In this document: positions 11,424 through 23,677 of the stretch, in pieces
Layout: each line of letters opens with the position of its first letter
Position numbering within the stretch: position 1 is the first letter of the stretch
Assembly (NCBI RefSeq): GCF_041956535.1
Contig: NW_027192203.1
Coordinates: 310,001-374,000, forward strand
Direction: 5' to 3'
Length of the DNA: 64,000 bases
Source of the DNA: Calcarisporiella thermophila CBS 279.70
Lineage: Eukaryota > Fungi > Calcarisporiellomycota
The notes under the pieces: generated by a model
The model's database searches: none
Told to the model about the DNA's origin: nothing
The model's input: only the letters and a program-made list of their open reading frames with translations
Made by a program: the position numbers and the translations under genes

Positions 11424-13776
11424 TTATGATACTGAAGTGTTTAGCCTAATACGCAATTCTCTTAACTCTCGTAATAAAGCCTTCGCTTCTTCCTTCTCCT
11501 ATTAACAAGTAAGATATGAAATGCTTGTATCATATTGAAATTAACATATTTGCTTACAGAACCGCCAAATGGTAGTACTTCATTCGCGTACAATTCAGCT
11601 GAACTATAATTTCTTTGATCTTTTTCATAGTTAGCAAGATAAAGCGCGGCTTCAGCAATTTCGTTACTCTCATTCTATTGCGATAGAGAAGTCAATTAAA
11701 TCATACCAATATATATCAAAATTAACCTACATTTTCTTTCTTTTTCCATTCCAAAAATTTTCTATAACATTCAGCAGCTTTATCTCTGTTGTCTTGATTG
11801 GAGTAGAGCCGTGATAACTGTAGAAGCGCAATTGGTTCACATCCCTGACAAACAAGTGCTCGCTCATAGCTTTTAATTGCCTCTATTGAGCGCTGAAGGG
11901 TCTGATAGCATTGAGCAAGGGCGACCCAAAATTGGTATTCATACGGACTATTGTTATCAAAAGAGTTGGTGTTAAGAATAAATTCAACTTTGTAAATAAA
12001 CAAATCTAACCGTAAAACGGTTGCACGTTGAAAATAATACACTGCATAAAATGGCATTTTAAGTAGTTCGTATGTTTGCCCCAGACCATACCATGCGCGA
12101 TAATCTCTATGATCAATGTCTTTTACAAGAATAGTTAATTCTATGGTATGTAACTAAGGGCAGAGATACTAACCAACTGCCCTTCTATATGCCTCAATTG
12201 CGGCGCTGGTGTTGTTCATCTCAATATACTCATGCCCAATCAGTGTCCATGCACTAAGGTAATTCCGATTGAGTTTTAAAGCTCTTTTAAAATACACCAC
12301 TGCCTTTTCAGGTTCGCCCCTCAAACTGAAGTAGTTACCTGTTCATTTTTAAATATACGTATTATATGTAGCTAAAAAACACATGTAATCATTACCAGTA
12401 CTTACCAATGATGCAGCAAGTTTCTGGTCTGTATTTATCAGTCATTGAGCTGTTGTGTGCAAGATAGCTCAATTTGGGTTTATTTTGCATAACATACAAA
12501 ATATTAGAATATGCGTCCATGTGTTCTAGCCTGAAGGGGTCGTCCTTTAAAAGTTCGTCAAAGATCACTTCAGCTGACTCGAAATCTAATAAATTGTAAA
12601 AGTTATCATAATATAAAACAGAGCGCACTAAGTCAAGATTTGAGTTATTTACCACGGGATTCATAGTATACCATAGCCCGTTGGGACTTGAGATAGTCGC
12701 TCTTCGGGAAAGAAGATTCCAGTTCCTCGACATACCCAAGAGCTGTCGGCGGATGTAATTTAATTCCAATGTGGGTATAGAAAAACTTGGACATTATGTT
12801 TTTTGGAAGCTTCTGTGAAATATTTTGTAGCTAGAGGTAAAAATTCGGAAACATTAATAGGAATGTATCAATCAGAAATAAGTAAAGGCATATTATACCA
12901 TTTCTGCAGTTGCTATGCACGTGGATAATTCTAACCAAGCGCTCCAGTTGTATGGGTATTTGTTAACGGATTCAACAAGAGAATCAATTGCCATGTTTTT
13001 CTTATTTCGTTTCGCAAGTACAACACCATATCTAAAAATTGTTTTAAAATCTGTCATCCCCGAGAAATAGCTACTGTTGTTTCGACTTACAAATATAAAA
13101 GAAACCCATCGAGCTCATTCGAAGTATATAGCGATGAAAGCTCTGTTTCTATTGCAGGAAGCTCCTTATTAATGGCCTGTGAATCATCTAATGGATCTTG
13201 ATAACAAAAAGTAGCATAAATATTTTTCAATAAAAGGAAAATACATTCAAAATTGAAGCTAATTAGATACCTAATATATCTTGCGCTTCTTCTTCCTTTC
13301 GCTTTTCCCCTACCTTCAATAAATTTTGAACAATAGAATCAAAAACTACCAAAATTATGCGCAAATTAATAAAAGCTTACTAAATATTTTGAGTATAACC
13401 GCAAAAATCGAGACCTCGCTCCCTTACATCCTCTCAATACAAATGCTGCGCGGTCGAATTCCTTTAAATCAAAATATGTCTTCGCGAGGAGAAATTTATC
13501 ATACTCTGTATCTATAGTGTTGGCTATGGATCCTTGTGAAATTGGTATGGGATCGTTGATCTCTTGTGAGTCATCAAATCCATTTAAAGCTTCTGCCGCC
13601 CTAATGAAATGTAATCGTTTAATTATTTAATTGACTTGGGTTAAAATGGGATTAAAAGCAAACCATTTAGCGCTAGAGTAGAGGCCCAATTCGGAACATT
13701 TTAATACTGCATTACGTAATGATATCTTTTCTTCGTCGATATTGTTATTTACTTCTGATAGCATTGAAGTGTCCAT
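11424..13776 (-). CDS. CDC23: Anaphase-promoting complex subunit 8 (TPR protein)
   Basis: [19 protein letters not shown]|[44 protein letters not shown]|[44 protein letters not shown]; many short introns. Confidence 0.95.
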
Positions 13777-13807
13777 AGTATTGATATACTTTTGAAAGGA
13801 TGTTACA

Positions 13808-13850
13808 ACGCGTAAATTTATAAATTCAAGTCACAAATTACACAACGCGT
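13808..13850. promoter_or_regulatory. Two MCB boxes (ACAACGCGT x2) in the 110-bp CDC23/NNF1 bidirectional promoter
   Basis: ACGCGT at 13808-13813 and 13845-13850, each preceded by ACA, in an AT-rich spacer between two mitotic genes. Confidence 0.7.
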
Positions 13851-13886
13851 TTTAATTCAATTGTAGACGATAATAGAAATATTATA

Positions 13887-14863
13887 ATGGAAGCTCATCA
13901 AGTCGAGAATATAAACCCTTTTTTAACGGAGAAGACAAAGGAGAAGAAAAAAACCACTGCCAAACCTTCTGGGCGTGCACTAAAACTTCAACAAGCGTTC
14001 GAAAAGACTCTCGGCAAAACCTTGAAAAGTTTTAGGTAGGAATTGCTTTTTTCTACTTGGAAGCCTGAATTTGAATTGAAAAGGTTTATCTTATAGTCAT
14101 GAAAGGTTGACTCGAATTTTCCCACGGATCGCGAAGGATTCACCTGAAGAGCTACAGAATGCTCATCAACAAACAATTGAATTTCTCCGAAAAAACATCC
14201 AAGTAAGAAAATGCTCAATTTTCTTTATTACAATTCAATTTAATGCCAGTAAGAAAACGCTTTTAGGATGAGTTCGAAAGCATTTTAGTGAGTAAAAATT
14301 TGATCCAAAAACTCACAGAATTGGATGAAATGGCAGAGGCCTCGAAAGGAAAGAATACGATCTCGCTTCCACAAAAGTGAACATTTTTCTCATATTGTTA
14401 ATTTATTGCAAACTCAATTTATTTTAATCAATGTGAACAGGACAAGTATATCTCCTCAAGGAGCTATTAGAGCACGTACCGTACCAGTAAAAGAAAAAGA
14501 ACTCCAACGTCTAAAGGAAGAATATAACATGGTGAGATAAATTTGCAACATGAATATTTTATTTATTAATACCTGATTTATATTTCGGTAAACTAGATTC
14601 ACCAGGAAAATAGCACGCTTATGGTTGAGTTAGAGAAAAAGAAGAATGAATTGGATAATTTATTGGAAAACGTCAGCCGAGTGGTTAACGACGTGGATAA
14701 GGTATAATACAAACAATTTGCTTGATAATATCTTGAATATTTAGCCATTCTCTTATCTCTATAGGCCATCACCCTTTCGTCTCAAATGCCGATAGATGAT
14801 ATTTGGAAATTCTACGAATGGCAGAATGGTATATTATCAGAGATTGCTGAGAAGCATAGGTGA
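13887..14863 (+). CDS. NNF1: Kinetochore MIS12/MIND complex subunit Nnf1/PMF1
   Basis: GRALKLQQAFEKTL..|..IFPRIAKDSPEELQNAHQQTIEFLRKNIQ|DEFESILVSKNLIQKLTELDEM..|ISPQGAIRARTVPVKEKELQRLKEEY, then a coiled coil; 5 introns. Confidence 0.8.
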
Positions 14864-15087
14864 AAATAGCTTGATTTGTAACTAATTCATAAGATGCTTA
14901 TGCTTTGCTGTAATCGTTTTTCCTTACTTCTTTGTCACTATGACAATTTGTATTTATTATTGTGATACGATCGACTTGAGTCATAGTTTTTTAGGTCAAA
15001 TTAATATAATTTTTAATGGTATAAATTGCAAACTGTATATAAAAAACTCTAACCATTGCAATATTAAGGCTCTAATTGAATAACAGC

Positions 15088-16002
15088 ATGGATAGCAAAA
15101 AAGATCAATGGAATCCATGCAATTATGCTGAGACCGGGTCTTTTGTTCCCCAACTCACGGAGGGTGTATTAAGTCTGTTGGCCCTCCAACAAAATGATAC
15201 ACTACTAGACCTCGGTTGTGGAGACGGCATTCTTACAAAGCGACTAGAGCAATTATGCTCCCATGTAAAAGGTGTAGATTCCAGTCAAAGTATGATTGAT
15301 GCAGCAAGAACTCTCGGCTGCAAGGATGTAGAGGTAGTAGATGGGCAACAACTCTCATCTTGGGCTGAGCAAACCGGACAAATTGAAAGATATGATAAAG
15401 TTTTCTCAAATGCAGGTAGTTTCATTTCTTATCAATTATAAGAGAATATACATCCAGAATTTTTTTTCTAATGTGCTTATAGCATTGCACTGGATGAAAG
15501 ACCAAAAATCGGTCATTGCGGGTGTAGCGAAATGCCTTAAACCTGGTGGAGCATTTGTCGCCGAGATGGGTGGCTTTCTGAACTGCGGAGGTAAGGATGC
15601 TTATAACACAGTCAAAAAATTCACAATCTGATCTTGCTAATTATTATTATAGAGGTTCATACTGCCCTTATATCTGCTCTCAATAAGCGTGGCTATAATG
15701 GACAATCACTAAGTCCGTGGTATTTTCCAACCCCTAGCCAACAAAAGCGACTGCTCGAAGAACAAGGATTTACTGTTGAACACATTCAGCTTGTGCCGCG
15801 TCCGACTCCTATCCCAACATCAGTAGGTGATTGGGTCGAGACATTTGGGTTTACTTTTTTGGAGCCCCTCACGATAAGCGAACGTCAAGAGGTCAAAAAA
15901 GAAGTGGAAGAGCATCTTCGCCCGAGTTTCTTTGATCCACAAGAAGGATGGTACGTTATGTATGTGCGCCTGCGGTTTATTGCTGTTAAGGGCAATAAGT
16001 GA
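15088..16002 (+). CDS. Class I SAM-dependent methyltransferase (trans-aconitate methyltransferase-like)
   Basis: LLDLGCGDG motif I, GVDSSQSMI, FSNA|ALHWMK, LKPGGAFVAEMGG, PWYFP, RPTP, YVRLRF; 2 introns. Confidence 0.9.
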
Positions 16003-16436
16003 ATTAATGTAGATTCAATAAAGTTTTTCACTCGAGCTAGTAAATATTTCATTTTTAAAAAAGATCAAGTGATTAGATGCCTAAAACTAAGCTAAATGTT
16101 AGAAACAAGTAGTTGGCCTTGTCTATCAGAAATTCAATGATTTACCCCAAATTTGCCAGTCCATTTATCGGTAGGAGAAACAGCTCCATATTGATAATAA
16201 TATGGTGATATTGGGTGTCGCCCTTTATGAGTTTTACTTTCACATCATGTATACATTTCTTGCAAATTAACATTCAATATGCTTGTTTTACTACTTAAGA
16301 ATAGCACTCCTGTCAATATACTGCGTTTTAAAATAAAAATTACTATTTATTCCCAAAGTCAGAAATTATATGACAGTGGAAGTTAAAGCGGAAGAGTGAG
16401 ATGGATTTACACGCTCTATATATTATATATGTATAA

Positions 16437-17164
16437 TTATTTATTATGCCAAATCCAGTTTCGCACAGAGTCCCATCGATTGCTGTCATTATAAAGATAC
16501 TGCATGGAAGCTTGGAGGGAAGGTTGAAGTACTTCACGTTCATGACGGAATTGCCACATAACTGCTCCCCATACAAGGGCAGCGAATATCGAAAAAGACT
16601 TGGGAGGTGCTTCTACATTGTTATGCTTAACCATCATTTTCCCGAGGCCAACCATCACACGTGAAAATACATAGAGAACAATCTACAGATATTCAAGTTA
16701 AGCCATTTAACCAAGCGCTTAAATTGCAAATATATTTACCTGGAAGTTTATATTATTATTCTCGCCAAATACAAAATAGCCTCCAATACACCCGGCAATA
16801 AAAGAGTTTATACTGTGTTCCTTATTTCCTGCCAGCTTATAGAGAATCAACATGATGGTCTTGTAGGTAGTTACAAAGAATGCGAGCCCACGCGCATGCT
16901 GACGAGTTGCACGAAGAATAACCTTTATTTTATCCTGAAGACTATTAATAGTAAAATTTTTGTTAAAATTTCATCTCTGGTCTAAATCTTTCTTGGTATT
17001 TCCAAATTTAATTCTTACCTTCCTCCCCGGAATAAAAAGGTCATTACTAGGGCATGAGGAAATCGAATTTTAGCACCGTAGACAATACCATTGCGGAAGC
17101 CCTTGATAATTGCCAGAAGATCATGGTAATGTGGATCAAGTATTATTTTTTCAAGAGCATCCAT
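16437..17164 (-). CDS. PXMP4: Peroxisomal membrane protein 4 (PMP24, Tim17 family)
   Basis: LLAIIKGFRNGIVYGAKIRFPHALVMTFLF..ATRQHARGLAFFV..FIAGCIGGYFVFGENNNINFQ|IVLYVFSRV..FAALVWGAVMWQF..LQPSLQASMQYLYNDSNRW. Confidence 0.93.
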
Positions 17165-17343
17165 TGCGAATTGGCTTGTCTGATGTATACAGTAGTGAAA
17201 AGCAAATGATAGATCGGGAATGCAAAAGCAAAAAGAGGACTCATTTTGCTGAAATTTGACACGTGAATTAGAGAGCATTTGAGCTCAGAAAATAGTAGCA
17301 CATACAAGAAATTGGAATATTAATTAAGAGTAAAAGCGAAAAG

Positions 17344-18812
17344 TTAAAGTTCGTTTAAAGCTTTTTTCTGCTGTCTTCTTCTCTCGTTACTCTGTCTTTT
17401 TCTCTCTTCGTCTTTTTTTCGACCCTGTCCCTTCGTTTCTCGGTCGATGAAAATATTTTTCAATAACTGAAGTGCATCTTGCTGCTCTCTCTTCTCTCTC
17501 TCACGCCTACTCAATTTGGCCTGTGCAACTGCATCTAATCGCGCGGCGTCTTTCTCCTTTCTTGTGTCCTCTCTACCACCCTCTTCTCTGGTCGTCTCCT
17601 CGTGAGGGACATTTTGATTTAATATAAGCCGCAGTAATTGCTCAACGTCATTCTGTATCGTCTCATCAAGATATTCGCGAGATATACTCTCATACCGGGT
17701 GTACTCGTCATATATCGAGTCAAATAACCCAGAATCCTTCTCTTTTTTTAACTCTAGCATTCGTTCTTTAGACTCAATAGAGCGCCTCTGCTCACCACTA
17801 TCCCCAAGGACTTTGTTGGCAGTTGGGGAGTAGCATCGGATAACATTAGTTTCAGACTGAGGTGGTATTCTCGGTAGTACTTTACAAAGTTGCGGCGTTC
17901 GTACCAGAACGAGATAGCTACATACTGTCATTTCTTGGACTGTAACAGTTTCGACCTCATGACAATGAAACTAAGTACAATTGAAAAGAATATTGACTAT
18001 TCGCATGAATATTAAGGCAATATTCTGCTTAAAAGAAAGTATTACTTACCTGAACTTCAGTTTTCCTTGGCCGGCCAGTAATATCACATTTAGTACCATC
18101 ATTCCAGAACTGTGAAAGATAACGAGACGAACCGTCTTCGCTTATATAGGAGGTACGAGATTTTAATCGATTTGGTTCCGAACCACCAGGTTGTCCAGGA
18201 GTACCTCCAAAATAGCTAAGAAAATATTCTAACGTTTTCCCAGCATCAGCAATCCCAATTCTATCATTTAAACTTCTTGGAAAGTACTGTCGAATATGTC
18301 GACCATAGCATATTTCGTAGTTCCATTCTCCATCAGTCTACAAAAAATGTAGATATAAATTTTAATATAGCAATGGACAAAATGTTTGAATCCCAATTAA
18401 AACTTACAGAATATAAACAACTTTTCTTTAACGATTCCAGTGCACTAATTCCTTGCTCGACAGTTAAACGCTCTGCCTCAATTTCCTCGGATGATTTTTC
18501 CTTTGAAGATTCATGCTTTTGTTTCGATATTGTGCACTTGAATTTTTGTCCAGTCGCTCCATCGCACATGTTAAGGGTCTCAAAATCGAAATTGTCGTTA
18601 ACTTGAAGTAAATTTGAGGGCTAAATAAAAAAAAGAAAATGTTAATCGGTATAAAAAAAATATAATAAATATAAATAATTAACCAGCTCAGCTTCTTCAA
18701 AAATTATATTGTACTGTGGATGCGCTAGTAGATCTTCATAAGCATCCCATAGTATAGTTGCGCCCACTCTATGATAGAACCACACGAGGCCTACTAGTAA
18801 TGCCCTTCGCAT
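17344..18812 (-). CDS. YOS9: ER lectin OS-9/Yos9 (MRH/PRKCSH domain)
   Basis: Signal peptide MRRALLVGLVWFY..; EDLLAHPQYNI; CLYS|..EWNYEICYGRHIRQY; YLSQFWNDGTKCDITGRPRKTEVQ|FHC..VQEMTVCSYLVLVRTPQLC; C-terminal LNEL resembles an ER-retention signal. Confidence 0.85.
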
Positions 18813-18976
18813 TCTTTACTTTTAAGATACTAGAGAACGTGAGTTTTTTAAGCCTTTACTTTTATAATAAATTCGAATCCCGCTTAATTATTACTGTATC
18901 TTAATTACCCGGTTGCGACTATAGTGGTATATATTTGTAAAAATTATCTTTTTAACCTCCTGAATTACTAATAGAA

Positions 18977-19624
18977 ATGTTTAGACTTTCGATTAGGCAA
19001 ACCCCCACATTCCACTATGCGCGCTTCACCTCCTCATTATACCATCAAATACATTTTCGACGACATTATGGTGGGAGCTCTAATCTAAGAGAGCAAGCAA
19101 ACTCTCTGGGGAAAACATGCGCTTCACAAAATACCTGCCGTTCGCAAAAGCAAAATATCCCAGAAAATGACGTTCGCTCTGCTCGATTTTGGAGAGACCC
19201 AGAAATATGGCGTCAGGCGCGCTCTAATACTTTGCGCTGCTTAATTGGTTGCACCGCTGGGGATTATAGTTCACTATTTTATTTACAATGGGCACACCCT
19301 GGATTACCGATGTGGCAAACCATGACTATATCTATGATTGCTGGGCTGACAACATCATTCATGTTAGAGACAGCAGTTCTCCACTACGGCAAATCTAAAA
19401 TGACCTTAATACGGTCTGCACAAACTGCTCTGGGAATGAGTTTAATATCAATGCTTTCCATGGAATTTACGATGAATCTTGTGGATATTCATTTAACTGG
19501 CGGGGTAATTAGTAACGATCCCTGGTTCTGGACTGCAGGAGCTCTAAGTGCATTTGTTGGTTACTGTACGCCTCTTCCGTACAACTATTATCGACTTAAA
19601 AAGCATGGGAAAGGTTGCCATTAA
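18977..19624 (+). CDS. DUF4396-family membrane protein with a predicted mitochondrial presequence; intronless
   Basis: NTLRCLIGCTAGD, GMSLISMLSME, PLPYNYYRLKKHGKGCH; 3-4 TM segments; Arg/Ser-rich N-terminus without acidic residues. Confidence 0.8.
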   Translation: MFRLSIRQTPTFHYARFTSSLYHQIHFRRHYGGSSNLREQANSLGKTCASQNTCRSQKQNIPENDVRSARFWRDPEIWRQARSNTLRCLIGCTAGDYSSLFYLQWAHPGLPMWQTMTISMIAGLTTSFMLETAVLHYGKSKMTLIRSAQTALGMSLISMLSMEFTMNLVDIHLTGGVISNDPWFWTAGALSAFVGYCTPLPYNYYRLKKHGKGCH

Positions 19625-19756
19625 GTGATAAGATCGTGGACATTTTCTTGACCCATATGAATGAGCAGAATAAAAAACAGTATCATGTTGGTGTATACAT
19701 ATTAAAGAAAACAAGAAATATACTAATAAACAATGGGATGAAGCTAAATAAATCAC

Positions 19757-20366
19757 TTATTGTAGCTGAAAATCAAGATGTACGCATGTAAGAGTGCGGC
19801 CACCTTTATCTAAAATTGATATATCTCCTTTCAGAGGGAGCTTTGGAACCTCCTCGGGAATATGCGCTAAATGAAAGATGGGTTTAAAACTGAAGTATAG
19901 TATAGCAGTTAGAGGAGAGCTCACCTTCTGCTCTCAAGGTTACTGGACCAGCTTTAATTGGACAAGATGCACCTGACATAATCTCAGAATCCAGCACTTG
20001 GCATAGATCAAGTTCTTTCCGCAATTTTATCACATAAAGTTTGAGATCGAGTAATACATTTCCAGCAGAAACATCGTCGGAAAGGTCGCCGTTTATGGTT
20101 ACTGAAATGTCAGAACCAACTCTAGGTTGCTCAGGAACGATGGATACATTTCTATTTGTCCAATTCGTTACAAGAACAAACTATAGATTCGCGATGGACT
20201 GCATCTACAAAATATAGAGTGCCTACCTTGCTTTTAATAAGTGTGTTCCAGGATTATCACACAAACTCCAGATGGTACCCTCACCGGCCATTGGTATCTG
20301 GCTTTGCTGTGCTAGCGAGAAAGACGGTAATATCGTAAAAATCAAATAAAATAATCCTTTCATCAT
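19757..20366 (-). CDS. NPC2: ML-domain lipid-binding protein (NPC2 / PG-PI transfer protein); missing from the ORF track
   Basis: Signal peptide MMKGLFYLIFTILPSFSLA, then WSLCD..|VSIVPEQPRVGSDISVTINGDL..ELDLCQV..SCPIKAGPVTL..|HIPEEVP..GRTLTCVHLDF; 2 introns. Confidence 0.8.
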
Positions 20367-21049
20367 AATTAATGTTTTATGGCAAGAGAGATGAAACTAA
20401 AGAATTTCCATAATTTATCCTCAGCCCCACTCTCATCGACGTCAAGAATAATTTGAGTAGCAAGATCCGATTACAGTAGGTAGCTTCAATTTTCATGTAT
20501 GAGAAGATATTTATGTATGACTAAAAATGACAATGCTCTATAATCTAGCTTTATTCCTCATTCTCTGTTCTCTTTTAATACTAAGCAGGGGATTGAATTA
20601 AGACAATTCCAGTATTTCTCTAAAGCAATTCGGATTCTTAGAGAATTTTCAGGAGCACATTTTAAAACAAACTTAGGGTGTCTATTCCAATGTATTTGGA
20701 TTAAAACGACCTTTTAGCAGCTAAACACTTTGCTGGAGAGAGGGTCGGCCGGAATGAAGTTTTCTTACGCCCATTGATATTAATATTTAAATGCATGATC
20801 GATCTGACGTTTATTTATAGCAAATCATCTTTCCAAAATTTACAAATTTGAAAATATAACCGTCGAGAAATGGTCAAAGCCACTTTACGCTTTACCGAGA
20901 AATAAATAATCTACATGGATTGAAGCAATTAAATTCGTCATTCCCTTGTCTGTTAGTATTCCATAATAATACTTAATATTCCCTCTAACTACATATTCCT
21001 TCGTGCTTTTTTATTTTGAATAAGTTGATGGGTATAAAAATATTCTGAA

Positions 21050-22000
21050 ATGCGAGTCATTCAGTTTTTAGTTTTTATTTTTCTTGTTTTGATCCTAATT
21101 GATGAGGCCGTTTCGCAGGCTCCTCCACCTGAAAAAGGGGAAGTTGGAAGACCCGCAGGCGACGAAAAGAAACCTGTTCCTGGGGTTGGAAATGGGACAG
21201 GAAATGTTAATAACGGAAATGGAAAAAATGATTCAAATAAAGGGGGTAACGGTACTGGTGCGGGAGGAGGAGATAATAAGAACGGGGGAAATAAAGGTGC
21301 GGGTAGCGTGGATAAAAAAGAAGAGGGAAACAAGGGAGCGGGCGAGGGAAATAACAAGAAAGAGGAAAATAATGGAACAGGAGGAGAGGTCAAAAATAAA
21401 GCAGAAGGTACCAATAAGCCAGGTGCGGATGGCGGTAAAGTAGAGAAAAATAATGGACAAGGTAATGCCGGAGGTAATGAAAAAGAAGTACCTAGTACAG
21501 TGGTAATACGGGTGAATGAAACCCCAAAGCCTCAAGGTAGTATATGTTGGATGTTGAATATGAAATTAGTTTTATTCATGACTTTTAAAACGCTGATAGT
21601 CGAAAAGGCTCCAAACACTCCTTCATCTCAAGTGGCTGCACCTTCTACGAGAAATTCAGCTGAAACTGTACAATTTTCTGCGTTCCAACCCATTCCTAGT
21701 ATTAGCCCACTACCAGTGTCTCCCGTGAGCAACTCATCCTCTAACACGCTGGAAAATTATAGAAAGCAATGCCGAGATAACTTCTGTGCTTTTACCCAGT
21801 TTGAACTAGTCTTTGATAAAGATACTAACCAATACAAATGGTATTATAAATGGTTTGGATTTCTCAATTCTTAATTGCTAATTCTTTTTCATATAAGCTT
21901 TTGTCATAGTACATCAAGCAGCTATCGGATTCAGGCCGGAATAGCTTTAGGATTTATAACAGTCATTGGATTGCTATTGAGTATTGAATTGTCTTTGTAA
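21050..22000 (+). CDS. Secreted Gly/Asn/Lys-rich and Ser/Pro-rich cell-surface protein, probably GPI-anchored
   Basis: Hydrophobic signal peptide; NKG(A/G)G-type repeats; small Cys-containing segment (CRDNFCAF); terminal exon TSSSYRIQAGIALGFITVIGLLLSIELSL* looks like a GPI signal. Confidence 0.7.
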
Positions 22001-22389
22001 AAGGCTATTAGTTTATTAGTTTAAATTTATTTATTATTGTTTAATACCCAATTCCCCTAAAATGATCCGTTAATTTCACTAGATTTTCTTGCATTGGATA
22101 GAATTTTCACTATCTGATTATCAAGTTTCATAATACAAACTTCCATTTATAATATTGCAATCTTAGAATTATGCCTTGCTATAACATCAACTAGTATCAG
22201 GGGTAAAAAAAGTTTAAAATATTTATTAATTGAAGTTTTTTAATATAAGCAAGATACAAATATGAAGAAAAACAGTTCGTAAATAGCATAGAAATAAAAA
22301 TGGAATGTAAAAATCGAGGCTACAACAAAATACAAAAATAAAAAAACCTCTAAGAGTTCGGATCGACCAAAACTATATCAGAGCCATCG

Positions 22390-23328
22390 TCAGCAGGCAT
22401 ACCTAAGTGATATAATCAAAGGAATAAGAATTGTATATTGGGTTGCTCTGCGTTTAATATTCCTTTTACCGTTTCGTCCATTCACGCGCGGTACGATCAT
22501 GCTCCTCGCGATCTGTCAAATATTGCTGTGCAATATCTGCGACAAGTGGATCATCTATATACAAATATTAAATAATCTATATATTCCAAGGTATATTCCA
22601 AAGTAAGACTCACGAGGGTTAGCATCTGTTAATAGAGCACAAATAGAGAGCAGCACTTTTGCGGTAGTCAATAATGGTGACCAATTGTCCTTTAACACGT
22701 CCAGACAGATTTGCCCTTGGCTATTGATATTGCAGTGATAAATACGTGTGCGGAACACAATCTATATAAATATCCCACTTAGAAATTTTAGAATGTATCA
22801 AACAGTATATAAAAGAGCAAACCTTTGGGGGCTTAAATGGGTAATCTTGGGGGAATTTAATATCCAAGAAAAATGTGCCACCTTCGTAAGGCGTATCAAC
22901 GGGCCCAGTAATAGTAGAGCTCCATTCGTACAAGTTATCTCCTTTAGGTGAAGCACTGAAAATGAAACAGCGATTATAATCAAATCAATAATATCATAGC
23001 ATGACCTAATAATTAAAAATGCCAAATGCTAAAGGGAACTATCGTACCTAACATTTGGAGGGGGATCAAGATTCATCTCTGCCAACTCCTTTTTGATCCG
23101 CTTGGCACTGCTGCTCATTGGAGGCCCAGCAGAAGCTACATTTTTCTTCCTTGTTGCCAATTTAGTTGCAGCTGGCTCATTTTTCAGAGCAGTGTTACTA
23201 GACGAAGCATCCGATGAAGAATCGGGCGTGGGAGATCGACTTTCTTCAACTGTCTTTTGTACATTTGTCTCCGCTACTGTCAATTTTGAGGACCGAGTAG
23301 CCCGTCGAGTGGTTGCAGGTGTAGTCAT
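22390..23328 (-). CDS. Ubiquitin-conjugating enzyme E2 with a Ser/Thr-rich N-terminal extension (UBE2E-like)
   Basis: [39 protein letters not shown]|[36 protein letters not shown]|..AREWTKR|YAC*; the HCN motif is characteristic of UBE2E. Confidence 0.9.
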
Positions 23329-23677
23329 ATTTGATATCACTGAAAAGTAAAATGGAATGAAAATAAACAATAATAAATTTAGGAAGCAAAAGAAGTAAGG
23401 GAAAGGCAATAATTAAAAACAGTCAATGGAAATAGAGAAATGTGAAGAATAAAGTGTTAAAAAAAAAATTGACGCGAAAAAAAGAGCGCGAGGGTTTGTT
23501 TTTATTGGAGATTCGCGTTTTGTGGCTTATAAATTTTATTTTACAAGACGCAATACAAATTAACGAACGTTATTTGAACCAAATCACAATACACATTCTC
23601 TATACAATTAGAGATAAAAAAAATAAAGGGAAATACAGTGGAGTATATAAATAGAGTATATTGATGTCAAAACTATC

